From positions 30,194,001 through 30,258,000 of the forward strand of contig OY740808.1 of NCBI GenBank assembly GCA_963514005.1: 64,000 nt of DNA, in the 5' to 3' direction. Both the position numbers and the translations under genes were made by a program. Of this stretch, positions 11,854 through 24,419 are shown piece by piece. Below the pieces are notes generated by a model. That model searched no databases. It was not told the origin of the DNA and saw only the letters and a program-made list of their open reading frames with translations. How positions within the stretch are numbered: the first letter of the stretch is position 1; every line of letters begins with the position of its first letter. Source of the DNA: Raja brachyura (Eukaryota).

Positions 11854-13989
11854 TAAAAGGGCAATTTTTCCTCATTTTCCCATTCTTCACGCCTCAAAAA
11901 ATGCTTATTGAAATAGAGCACAGAAAATATATTAAATTGAATTAACTGTTCGATTATATACAATTTTCTCCTCTATTTTGTTTAAGAAGTTTACAGATAC
12001 TTGACATCAGTTAACAGGGTATAATTAATGAAGGCATTCCTTTATAAGTGATCCTTTTTTCCTGAGCACTATTTGATTCTCAATGTATTTAAATCAGTCC
12101 TGACAGCTCTTACTTAATTACAGACAACAAAGTGGGTGAATTTAATTTCTAGTTGGACATTCCAATTAGAAGACTTCAACTCTATTTGCAAGAAGTGAAT
12201 TTTTAGAGTACAAGTAGGAAACTTAGATTTAGGAACTGCAGTGTGATTCTGTGAAGGAAGCTCTCACAGAGACAGGATGCCAACTCAGCCAGCAATAATA
12301 ACGAGAGGTAAGTATTCCTTTGAGATGTTAGGTCAGTAATAAGCTATATTTCCCCCTTTTTGTATTTTAATTATAACCACAAGGAGCTAAATACTTTGAC
12401 CTCAAAATAAGGATCAATTGTGGTACCATATTTCTGACTGAACTATAAATGCAAACCAACTGTTTACATGACAGAAAGCTGCATGATAGTACATTAAAGC
12501 TAATATTACATAATTTAAAAAAAATCACACCAAATTAAAAAAGGAAAAAAAGTATGTGGACTGGAAGACATTAAACATAATGCAAGTTAAGAAAAGATAA
12601 GTTATAATCATCACTGCAAGAACATTGTGGACCAGAATTACTAAACCAATAAAGGAGAATGTCAAATGACCATTAAATTTCCTTAAGCTTGTACATATTA
12701 CTACTGCAAGATATCCACAAGGCTCTAGTGTGTGTGCTAAAAGGGGAAGCAAATGCACATTTGTTTAAGAGTCACATAAAACTATTAATGATCAATGCAG
12801 AGAAAGTTGGAAGTGATCTTAATCACGCAGAACGAGCAAAGACAGAAAGTACACATGTAGATTTTTTCCAAATGTCCAACAACAGTTAAAAGCTGAAAGA
12901 ATAAGTCTTCATACATGCAAAAGTTAATTTTCAGAAAAGGATATTGTGATTGGCTTTAATTAAGGTTGATTATGCTGTTAAAAAGGATAACTGGACTGAA
13001 ATCGGTAAGACTTAAGTTTCTGGGAACAGATTTTGCCAAAATCTACAACTTGGATGATGCATGAGTGGATCTGACGATTAAGCTATATATAAAGTGAAGT
13101 TTATTTTAATGTAGATTCTGGATGAGTAGCACATGTTAGGTCAGAAATGCTGGATCTCCACATTTGTGCATGTCTAAACTTGTTGTCATAAATAATGCTG
13201 ACCTTTTTAAAAAAAAATAAAAACAGTAAATTCCTTTCAAGACCTCCAGGACAGAGATTCATTGGACTTTCACAAAGAAGTGATGTAAAGGGAGTAGAGT
13301 TAAACTGCATCTCCTTTTGGAAGGTCAAGACTTCAATTTCTTAATTCATGTCGCTGCAAAGAGAGCTTTGCAAGCATATGTAGTGTCATTTAAGGGCTCC
13401 TGCCCTTTAATAATATCAAGGCCAACATGCCTTGCCAAATTATAGAATAGGGACTACAACAATCACGGCACAGAAAAAAAAATGTGTTTTCTTTTCCATC
13501 GGCACATTCAAACATATTTCTAAGAGAACTTTGAGCCTAATGATAATAACAGTGAAGTTGACCAAACAGGATATTAAAATAGTTATTCGGGGTTTGTGAA
13601 ATACCGGATTAAATGAGGGATACATTTGGGTTTCAAGCAAGTTTTGTGCCAATGCCGGGGATAAGATATGATTTATAGTGCCTTCTCTCCATTCTTCAGG
13701 AAGCACCAATTATTATCAGATTTTATTAATGGTAAATTATGAAATGTTTAGAATAAAATACTTTAAAAAGTGGCATGCAGAATACCCTTGCCATGTGGGT
13801 GTTAACACTTCCTTCTTCAATACACGTGGATGCCCAAGGATGTGATATCAGGCATTTCTCTTGCACTGTCAGATTTAAGGCAGTCATAATAGACACTTTT
13901 AAAACCACTGAATGCTTTAGCAGAATTAGAACCAACTCAGCCCATCATGAATATGCTGGCTCCCGAGCAGAGTAATATCATAACTCAAA

Positions 13990-14780
13990 CCTCTGGCCCA
14001 TTCTCTGCAACCTTGTGAGTTTTCATCATCATTTACTTATCTAATTCCCTATTGAAAGCCATAATGGAATTGCCGCCACCAAATCTGCAGGCAGTGCATT
14101 CCAGATGCCAAGGGCATGCTGTGTCGAAAAGGTTTTTCTTTCTGTCATTTTATTCCCTTCCCCTTCATTTATTTTTACCTGTGACCTCTAGTTGTAGATC
14201 CCTCATCTAAGGGGAACAGCTTCCCACTGTGCAGACCCATCATTCACAAACATCTGATCTCTCTTCCGCTTTTATGTAAATAAGTCTCAGCAACACCGAT
14301 CTATCCTTGTATATAGTTCCTCATCTCAAGACCATTTTTGTAAATCGTTTTTGGACCCTCACTAATTCCTTCAAATTGAAGTCAAGCAGAACCGGACACA
14401 ATATTTACGTTGAGTCAGGGTCAGTGTTTTATAAAAGGTTGGCATGATGTCCCTGCTTTAATTCTCTTTATGTTAATATTCTGTTGATAAAAAATGTAAA
14501 TAGTTTATATCTTATGAGCTACTGACTCAACCTGCTAGGTCACTTGCAATTAATTATGCATCATACCCCTCGGTCGCTCTGCTCTGGACCACTTTCTGAA
14601 AAGTATCCTTGATCCTGTATTGCTTCCCCTCATTGTTCCTACCAACATATATTACCTCAGAATCTTCTGCACAGAACTGTATCTATTCTGCCCATTCCAC
14701 TGCCTTGTTTTTAAGTTGTCGTTATTCATTGCTATTCTCTTTGCAGTTCACAACACTGCAAGTTTTGTGTCATTGACAAG
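13990..14780 (-). mobile_element. Old CR1 LINE 3' fragment
   Basis: Colinear, highly diverged match to the younger CR1 at 41300-42203 (GGCAGTGCATTCCAGA, GACCTCTAGTT, TGCAAGTTTTGTGTCAT). Confidence 0.6.
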
Positions 14781-15396
14781 TTATAAAATGTGTAATGTTT
14801 GAATGTTTAAAAGTATTCCATCAATTTTTTCCAATGCTAGACGCTCCTATGTATGAAAATATAATTTTAATCCACCTTTTTGGTTCCTTTTATAGTTTGA
14901 AAACTTCAATCAAATCATCTATCAACATAAAAACCAGGGAATACTATCCTGTCTTCTTCCATCTCTGATCAGCATAAATTACCCTTGGAATCCAGATGAC
15001 ATGTGGGTAAATCAATATTGCATTCCCTCCAAGAAATATTTATTTCTAAGAAGGGCTTCTCAGTATTGCTTATGGTTCCTTGGGTGCAGTTTAACCGTTT
15101 GGCTGTGCTTTTACTCCCTTCCGCTCCAACCCAGTTGATATGAAGGTCAGTGTTCCAATGGCCCTGCTCTACATTCAACAATGACATTTTACTGAATTGT
15201 CTTCATGGACCCTACATCTCTTTAGACCTTCACTGGCTCTAGTTCTTCAACAATCAGGAAAATCTAAAACTACAACCACAGGCATCCTTCTGATTTGAAC
15301 CTGTTTGGAAGATAACCTGCACTTGCTACTTGACAAATAGCTAACTTAGAAGACTGGTGCCTTCTCAAAGGTTGACTGATAAATTATTAAAGATAA

Positions 15397-15448
15397 TTTT
15401 ATTTTTATCCTTTTATTTATATCCTTTTATTTTTATCCTTTTATTTTT
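15397..15448. repeat. 14-bp tandem repeat (TTTTATTTTTATCC) x about 3.7
   Basis: Read directly from the sequence. Confidence 0.85.
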
Positions 15449-15986
15449 CACTCACTCGCCAATGTGCCAAAGCCTTAACTTGCTTTATTACTAAAAACTG
15501 TTTTCAAATCATGCTTGAGGTTTGACTGAACATCTGGAAATATCACATACATTTTGTGTTAATTTAGAATTAAAAGTTCACCTTAATTGGTAAAGATTTG
15601 TTTAGATGGACATAAAAGAAGAGGGCAGTATATTCAGTGCTCTGATCGATTTTTTTATACATTAACCAACATCAGAAAAATAACTGAAAACAATTAAAAC
15701 CTCCATCTAAATCTTTATCCTGGCGTAGGATTGAGGGACTAAGTCTTCAATGAAATACTGAGGAATCCCAGAAAGATAGGATCTGTCACTGTTCTATTTC
15801 AATACAGCAGTGGGGGGAAACTGACCAATATAGTCTTCCGAATCTATCCAAATGGCTGAGTTAGCATTTCATTGCACGAGTAGAAGTCTGGGAACAGCAT
15901 AACAGGCTGGATGCCGGAGATATGGGAATAGTCAGCATAATCAAGCCTCTTTCTCTATCCCATTCCCAACACACCAACAAAACGTT

Positions 15987-17000
15987 TGGTATTGGTTTAT
16001 TGTTGTCATATGGACTAAGCTAATAGTGAAAAATGGTGTTTTGTGTGCTATGCATGCAGATCACACCATACACGAGTACCTCAGGAAGTACAAAAGAGAA
16101 AACAGGTAGAATGCAGAATATAGCATTACAGCTAGAGAGAAAGTGCAGATTAAAAAAAAACACAAGGGGCACAATGAAGTATATTGGAGGATGATTTTTA
16201 GCATACGAGGTCCTTTCAAAAATCAAATAACAGCAGGGAAGAAGCTGTTCATGAATCTGGTGGTACATGCCTTCATATTTTCGTATCTTCTGTCTGACAT
16301 AAGAGGGAAGAAGAGAGAATGGTCAAGGTTGGAGCAGTTCTTGATAATGTTAGTTACTTTCGGACTCAACGTAAAGTGTAGATTGAATTGAAGGAGGTAG
16401 TTGTGGGGAGAAAGCTGTGATGGACTGGGTTACATCGAGCTTGGTGCAGTTTCTTGCTATAACAAGCTGTGATACATCCCAATAGAATGCTTTCTTATTG
16501 TGCATCTGTAGAAACAGGTAAGAGTCATTGGGAACATGCCAGATTTCCTTAATCTTCTGAGGAAATAAAAGCGTTGGTGCACTATTTTGGCCGTTTTATT
16601 AAAGTGGTTGGACTAGGCCAAACTATTGGTGATACTTACTGGTGATGAATAGACCTGGAAACTGGAAGCCCTCGATCATATCAACTTTAGGACCATTAAT
16701 GGAGGCTGTGATGTGATTTCACCTCGGTTCCTGAAGTTGATGACCAGCTATTTTGTTCTGCTGACATTGAGAGAAATTTTGTTTATTTGACACCATGCTA
16801 CTAGGCTCTCTCCATCTTCTTCCTCTACTGTCTCGTTTTTGTTCGGAATCTGAGCCATTATGGCGGTGTCACCTGCAAACTTGTAAATGGAGTTGGTGCA
16901 GATTTGGCCACATAATCTAGAATGTAAGAGAAGTATAGTGTGGAGCAAGGCAGCCTTGGGGACAGGCTGTTGCTGAGAATTATCGTGGAGGAGGTTTTAC
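15987..17000 (-). mobile_element. Rex1/Babar-type LINE 3' half
   Basis: Minus-strand NSIYKFAGDT and LVAWCQINKISLNVSRTK; 3'UTR ending ...GACAACAATAAACCAATACC. Confidence 0.75.
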
Positions 17001-17600
17001 ACACCTCAAGACTGCATGCATGCTGAATCACCATGGCCTTGTATAACTGCAGTAAAGCATTTTCATTTGGCAACTCAAAGCCCCTCCTAATAATAGGCAA
17101 TACTATTTGCTTCCTAATTGCTGTTGGACCTTGAAGTCCACATTTCTCAATCTTACACTATTTACAAAACACTTTTTCATTTTCCACTCTGTTTTCTAAA
17201 ATGCTAATTGGACTGGTTCTGAAAGAGGTAGCTTCAAAGATTTTGGTGACATTAGTAGTGATCTTTCAAGAATCACCAGTCATAAATGGTCCCGGAGGAC
17301 CGGAAAATTGCAAAGGCTCTGCCCCTGACTCTCAGTCTGAAGAAGGGCCTCGACCCAAAACATCACCTATTTCTTTCTCCAGCGATGCTGCTTGACCCAC
17401 TGAGTTACTCATTTTTTTAATATCAATCTTCGTTTTAAATCAGCACCTGCATATACTTCCTACACCCCCCACCCGATTCTACATGTCCACACCGTATTGT
17501 TCAACCTCATGTGTGGAATCTTATTGGAAACCTTCTGAAAATTTAAATAAATCACACCCACTGCTTCCACTGTACTCCCCGTCCCCCAAGAAATCCAATA
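17000..17600. mobile_element. Mosaic of old CR1 fragments with a nested Penelope-derived element (17332-17465)
   Basis: ALLQLYKAMV (minus), VLKEVASKILVTLVVIFQES (plus), and CAGTCTGAAGAAGGGCCTCGACCCAAAACATCACC. Confidence 0.55.
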
Positions 17601-18229
17601 AGGTCAGAGAAGTACCCGGTAAACATAAACTTTTCCCTTCTATATATGAATAAACTTTCTGGATAAATAGCAGATTTAGATCATTTCAATGTGAATTTCA
17701 TTGGTAAATTTAGTTCTAAATTTGGAATATTTAAAATCAAGTAAGGGCTTGGATTGCTAAGAAATATTAAATATGATAAAATGACATTGACTCTACGTCT
17801 AACAGTGGGACGATGGACAGCATTCACACTGGTATCTCAGACTCTGAGCTACAGGAACATTTGAGGTTCTGGAACAGCGGCTTATCCAGAGGGATGTATG
17901 GTCAGAATTATGTTCAAAAATGAGCTGTCAGACTCTAGTCTCTACACGTACCCACGTAATATATCAGTGAACCTCTCTACAGAAATCTGTGGGCAAGGTG
18001 TAAAGAGAAACAAAGGATTTTAAACAGAGGAGAGACGATTTAATAGGTGATGAAAATAGCTCTGTTCAGTTTAAAAAATACGCAAGAGGTTCGTCAACTG
18101 ATGCAGTCACAACGGCACCTCTAACAAATGTAGAATTTGTGTTTCATGCTACTATGAAAGTTTTTTCTTGCATAAAGATTGAGGGAATAAAAGGTTGGTA
18201 GTAAATAGATTATTGTTTAACATTAGAAC

Positions 18230-18263
18230 AGTGCCATCTACTGGACTGTAAGCAGCATTGCAA
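18230..18263 (-). promoter_or_regulatory. Candidate CTCF site with upstream module
   Basis: Minus strand TGCAATGC-N10-CCAGTAGATGGCAC matches the core CCASYAGRKGGC plus the TGCAGT-like upstream motif. Confidence 0.55.
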
Positions 18264-21188
18264 GTGTTGCGGCTATTTCTTCGTTCCTTAAAGTTCAGGT
18301 GGTAGTCGGCTGACTGCAATCACAAAAATATATTGGTGCTTGGCATTTTAAGTGTTAAGTCATTCCATGGAGGAGAAAAAAGAGAGCTACGTGAATGCTT
18401 TAACAGAAATCATTCTCATTTTTCACTGCCTTGATTGTACAGTATCTCCTGAAACAATGTCATAGCTGTTTTGTAGATAGGCACAGGGGTGGTGATTTTC
18501 AAAGTATCAACCAGGGAGGAAGGAGTGTTCACACGCTGCCATCCCTGCTAATGTTCCAGCTCCCCTTAATCTTGATCCAGCTTGGAATTGCATTCTCACT
18601 AAAGAACAAATTAATTAACTTTCAATTATCAATGGAAGAGTGTGTGTTGTGCATACTCTTCCCATCGGTATCGTGATGCTCAACAGTCTGCTCAACACAA
18701 GTGGTCCAGGACAATCTTTCACCTCACTTTTCTACAGGATCTCTCTGTTGTGCGAGCATCTATCTACAACGATCTGTAACATGAAGCTTAGAAGCAAATG
18801 GACAAACCTGCACCTTATCGTCACATTTTTCATGAATAGTTTCCTATTCACAGTTTATAATGAACTGGACTCAGAAAAAAGTCTAGCTCATTTTTAGTTA
18901 AAGCTCAAAATTGTCCAGAATAAAATACACAGCAATGGGTTAAATTCTGTTTGTAAATGTTGAAGCAGATTTAAATTTTTTTTTATCATTGGTTACACTG
19001 AAATAGGCATGAACTGATATTTGCCTTTATTCACTCAAACAGCATGTGCCATTGCCACCCATTTTTCTCTCCATGAATGTGATTATATTACTCATCAGTG
19101 TCGTTAAAGGTAGCTTCTAAAGATTTGGGAAGAAGTAATGGAACGTTATCTGAAATTTTAATTCTGTTTTTCTTTTCACCAATGATGTCTGACTTGTTGA
19201 AGATTTCTACCCTTGCCTGTTTTTGAGTTGAAACCTGATGATCTGCAGTTTCTGAAACCTGTCCAATATATTTTTCCCACAATATCGCCATGGATTCTTA
19301 ACACGTTCAGTTCTTTTTTGCCGTTTTCAAAATAATCTGATGCATCCTTTTTGACTACGAAGTAGACTTTGTTGCATCCACCTACAATTTGCCAGAATAC
19401 TAACTACTCATTTAATCTGCACGTATCTTATTACAACTGGATGCTTTCATCTAATCCTTTTAACTTTAACAAAGTTATCAGTAAATTTGGATATACAGTT
19501 CTTAATTCCTTCACCATACAAATGCTATAGATCTCGAAGGGACGGCACTGATGACATCCTGTCGAATGGAGAATATATTCAATTATTTCTACTACTTAAT
19601 TTCATGGAATTGCTTCCAATTCAACGTTGCCATTCTTTTCCTATCATTTTATTGTGTGAAACCATTATGCCTTGAATAGAATCCCTTGCATTGAATGTAA
19701 ACAGTATCAACAGGTTTTTTTGATTTAACACATTAACCGGATAAAACATTTCAATTAGATTGACACACTTTATAAATTTATGCTAGCTCTCACTGATCTA
19801 TTCTTATTTGTTGGAATGCTCAGTTTGCTCCTGACAGGCAAGTAACGTTGTCACAATGGGCATTAGGCTAATAGGTCTATAATTTCTCAATTTAATCACT
19901 CTTTCACTTTTAAACAATGGAGTAATGTTGCCAAATGAACTAAAGGATGAATTTCAAATTAAGATCACTTAGCAACCTTGAGTTGAGCATTTATAATTCT
20001 GCCATATTTTAATATCTAATAATGGTATGGGATAGGTGATGATGGTGTTGGGTCCTGAAGGATGGCCTGTCTCAGTATTTCCCCTTTGAACTTTAAAATC
20101 TAATAAGTTGATCTTTTCTTTTATTTTCCCCCCTTCGGTGGTATTTTATCCTTTTAGTTCATTATGAGGATCAATGCAAAGAAAATATGTAGAGAGCTTG
20201 CCAGTAATTGACTTTCAATTATAATATCCTGGATTTTGCACTAAAATTACCAATGATATTAAAGGCATAAATTGAATAAATGCTTTTATTAACCATACGT
20301 GCACAGTTAAATGCGGAAATGAGAACGTACCATGCTCCTCCAGAGGCCTTGCGATTCTGGTATTTCCCCAAGAGACATAGATCAGTATAAAGTTACCATG
20401 TTCCTTTATAGACCTACCAAACTTGGTAGTCAAACATGTTTGGTGCCATTATAGATCATTACCTCCACACAACCTGTCACTTAACTGCTGTGGAAAGTAA
20501 TTTCTTCAGATTTAAATTATTGCTGGAGATTTTGTAGGACAAAATATGTTTTTTGCATATTTACATCTTACTTCTTACCTCTTACTTCTCCCACTCTGAC
20601 TTTCTCTTGCTATGCACCTCATTAAAAAAAAATTCAGTCTGGTTGAAGAATCACAAAATCACTAGCTCTGTTCATAGATATCATGTAGCGAGCACCATGC
20701 CTAAATGTTCTTCCCATCATAATAGGATCTAGAGTAAAGCATGGATAGAAAGACTGATAGTAATGAAAGGTTGGTGCCATTCATTCACCAATGTCCACTG
20801 AATCCGTTCTAATACCCTGCATTTGTCTTTAAAGAACCCACTTTACCCTTAATCTACTTTCCAAGGTGTCTTGGAATATTTGTCTTAATTTTCCTTTTTA
20901 CAGCTCTTACTTTATACAAAGCTCTCTTTTAATGCCCATTTACATCCATGTAACTGCACTATTATTTGTATTACATTCATAATTGTATGCATTAATTTCT
21001 TGTTGCAAAAAACCAAAGCTTTATACAAAGCAAGCAGGAAGAGCTGTAAAAAGGAAAATAAAGCCAAATATTTAGGAATACGTATAAGCCTTGTTCCGAA
21101 TGCATTCTGATCCCATATCTCCCCCTGGTCACCTACCCAACACACAAAGACACACACACACATTTCATCTGCAAATTTTGCCTGTTAT

Positions 21189-21480
21189 TAGTGGCACAGT
21201 GCTGCAGTTGGTGGAGCTGCTGCCTCAGTGTCAGAAAATCGTATTCAATTCTGACCTCGGGTTCTGTCTGGCAGGAGTTTGTACCTTCTCCCTGTGACCA
21301 CATGGGTTTCCTCCAGGCACTACTGTTTCCTCCCACATTCCAAAGGTGTGCGGGTTGTAGATTAATTGCCTTTTGTAAATTGTCCTTAGTCTTTAGAGAG
21401 TGGATGAGAAAGTGGGATAACATCGAATAAGTGTGAACAGGTGATCGATGGTCGGCGTAGATTCATTGGGGAGAAGGCCA
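21189..21480 (+). mobile_element. V-SINE (HE1-like), followed by degenerate CR1 to about 21720
   Basis: GTGGCACAGTGCTGCAG head and V-domain similar to 4121-4415. Confidence 0.8.
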
Positions 21481-21904
21481 AAAAATATATACCGATCCGT
21501 ATCCAAATCTCAAACCTCAGAGGATGCAGAGAAGATTTACTAGACTGATAACTGAGATGATGGACTGGGGGTAAACGGATTGCTCTCTTTAGCATAGAAA
21601 TAGTTGAAGGGAGGTTGATTAGAAGCTTTCAAGATCATGAAGCGATTTGGCATGAAGAGAAACTATTTCTTCTGGCGGAATTATTTCCAACAGATTTAAC
21701 CTAACAGGCATATGTAACATGGCACTTTTGTTTTACACACCAACTTAAGAGCATACAGTAAGTACCCCAGCTGGGGGAATGGTGAAAGTAAAACTAATTG
21801 AAACCATCAACTGTGAAAAAATGTAATGCCCATTCAGTTACATTGCCCCAATAGTTCTGCCCTTTAAAAATAAAACATCCATGATGCCATTGACTGATTG
21901 GTTA

Positions 21905-22170
21905 AAAGACACAACATGGAAACAGGCCCTTTGGTCTACCAAGTCCTTGCCGATTACTGGTCTCCCGTTCATACTAGTTCTAAGTTATCCCATTTTAGCA
22001 CTCACTCCATGCACACTCTAGGAGCAATTTAAAGAGGCCAATTAACCTACAAACCCACATACCTTTGAGATGTGGGAGGAAATCCAAGCAGTCAGAGAGA
22101 ACGTACAAACTCCTCACAGACAGCAATTGAGGTCAGGATTAAACCAGAGTTTCTAGCAAGGAGGCATTCT
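21905..22170 (-). mobile_element. V-SINE (HE1-like)
   Basis: GGAAACAGGCCC...GCCAATTAACCTACAAACCC...GAACGTACAAACTCC. Confidence 0.8.
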
Positions 22171-22834
22171 AACTGTGATAATTATCTTTGACTTGCGTTT
22201 CACAGTACGTTATATGGTTACTGCTCTAATTTTCTGTGCATTTTTAAATATGTTCTTGCTGGCAGTAGCCACACATCTTCTGTTCTTTTAACATAAAAGT
22301 CGTTCTTTTTTAATCAGGAAATTGTTGCGTGAGCTCTAATTTAGTTGCACTGTTGTACAATGACAAAAACCTTTTTCCAAGATATTGGCTTTAAGCAGCT
22401 GTTGGCAGAGGGATTAGCGAGGGAATTTTGGAGCTCACAGCCTGGCAAGTTAAAAGGAACAGTCATTATTGATAGAGTGGTTAAACTCCAGGTCGGTTAG
22501 CGGGCCAGAACTGCAAGAGTGGAGATATTTCAGAGCATTACAAACCTGGATGAGGTGGTGGAGATCAGCAGGTGGAGGTGGGCAATGACTAGATTCGTGT
22601 AAATTTTAAACTTGATACATTACATAACAGGTAGCCAATTTAAATCATGTTATCACGCGGGAAGCCGGTAAATGGAATTCAGTGCAACTTTGAACACCTG
22701 CAGCAGAGTTTTGAATGAGGAAGGCCAGCTATTCACATCGTCAGGTGATGAAATGATGACATGGGTTTGGGTTTCGGTAGCAGTTGATCGCAGGTATGGT
22801 TAGATTTAAACAGAACAAATGCTTCTATATTTAA

Positions 22835-23062
22835 TCTAGAAGAAATTTCTCAACCTAAAACGTCAACTATGTCTTACCCTCCACAAATGCTGCCTTACCA
22901 GCTGAGTTCCTCCAACAGAAAAGACAAAAAATGCTGGAATATCTTAGTAGGTCAGGCAATATCCCTGGTGAGCATGGATATGTGATCTTTTAGGTCAGGA
23001 CCCGTCTTCACGCTGATTACAATAGTTTGTTTTTGCATCAAATTCCAGCATTGCAGCTTTCA
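22835..23062. mobile_element. Two old nested Penelope-derived elements
   Basis: AAAACGTCAAC...GCTGAGTTCCTCC interrupted by an opposite-orientation copy (ATGCTGGA...GGTCAGGACCCGTCTTCA). Confidence 0.55.
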
Positions 23063-23609
23063 TGCCTTCTTCTTTTGCATCCACATTATCAATTTATACA
23101 ATATTGGTGCTTTCATCTTTTGAATTTTTTGTATTTTATGGCTGTTAAAATGAACAAGAACTTTTGGACAGTTTTTAATTCAATGTTAAAAGTTTCAAGT
23201 CCTACTACATCGACACAAATGACTGGGCTTGTCATTTTAAAGCATCCAAGTATTAATACATTGAATATTTATGTCTTTTCATAATTCCATAACTGTTCAA
23301 AACTACAAAATCACCAGAGTTTGGCTTTATTTCATAGTATATGTATGTTTCTTTTGGATGTTCCCCTAAATAACGCAGGTTTAATTGATCATGTACTTAT
23401 TGAAGAATCCAAAGCTCTTGATGCATCAGTTCACTGTGCCACCAAGTTTACAATGCCTGGTGCATTATTATAAATCTTCTAGCATTTGAAAAAACGAATA
23501 GTTCTGAATCCTGCCACAATAGGCAGTGAAACCAAACTCCTCTATAGCATGCAGATAAGATATGACCGTGCAAAGACTTTGGACTTGCTATTTATGAATG
23601 CCTAATTTA

Positions 23610-23790
23610 GGCTGAAACAGTGCTGCAATGAGGGCATGCTATGCAGTCAGAGGTGCTTGTTTCAGATGGCAAATGACTAGAACATGTGTTTGATTTGGCC
23701 AGATTTTTTTTCCTTAGTTAGCACCATCAAAGTAAATCGTGCCGTTAACCATTAATTTAATTTAGTTTTTGTGAGGTAATGCCATACCTG
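23610..23790 (+). mobile_element. Degenerate Deu-domain SINE (SacSINE1/AmnSINE1-related)
   Basis: CAGTGCTGCAATGAGGGCATGCTATGCAGTCAGAGGTGCTTGTTTCAGATG resembles the Deu core as I recall it. Confidence 0.45.
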
Positions 23791-24419
23791 CTCATTTCAA
23801 AATGATGACAATATGAGGAGACCATGGTCAATAACTGACCACGGTTTGTAGAAAATGCAATACACTTCCATATAATTACAAGTATTATTTGCTTTTAAAT
23901 GAAAAGCACTGCTCATGACTTGGATTGTGATTGCACAAGTAACAGAAATCAAGAACAAACCAGATCCAATCCCCAGACCACGCCAAGTTCACTGATCGTA
24001 CCCTACAAAATGCAGGAACATTCATCCTAATAACTGTTTCCCCCCCCTCTATAGACAGGGAACATTCTGGGAGTAGTAATAATTTTATTCCACCTCAGTG
24101 CCATTATTGACCCAGCATTTATTTGACCGGTACTTTAACTGATATGAAGTCATTAGGAGGAGGATCAATGAAGATATATTAGGGAAGGCAAGCTTTGCAA
24201 GAGCCATTTTAGTTTCCTTTTCCAAATGCACATTAACTTACCTAACTCGTGAAGATAAAGGTGAAAAAGATTCCGCTAACATTTTTCTTTGCGCCAGTGC
24301 TGTCTGACCTGCTGAGCGTTTTCATAATTTTTTATTTTCATCTAATTTTCATTGCCCTGCAGAGGCTGGAAAGATTTTGACATGTCAGGAGTTGATTCAT
24401 TCACCCACAGATGCTTGGC

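Noticed and set aside
12233-12313. Plus-strand AG...GAG|GTAAGT exon-like segment; similar cases at 50436-50519 (+) and 53527-53557 (-)
   Set aside because: Stop codons in all three frames.
19088-19570. Exon-like minus-strand segments (ttgtag|GTGGATGC... giving GCNKVYFVVKK...HHW*, and ORF 19088-19291)
   Set aside because: No recognisable protein, weak polypyrimidine tracts, and no consistent exon chain.
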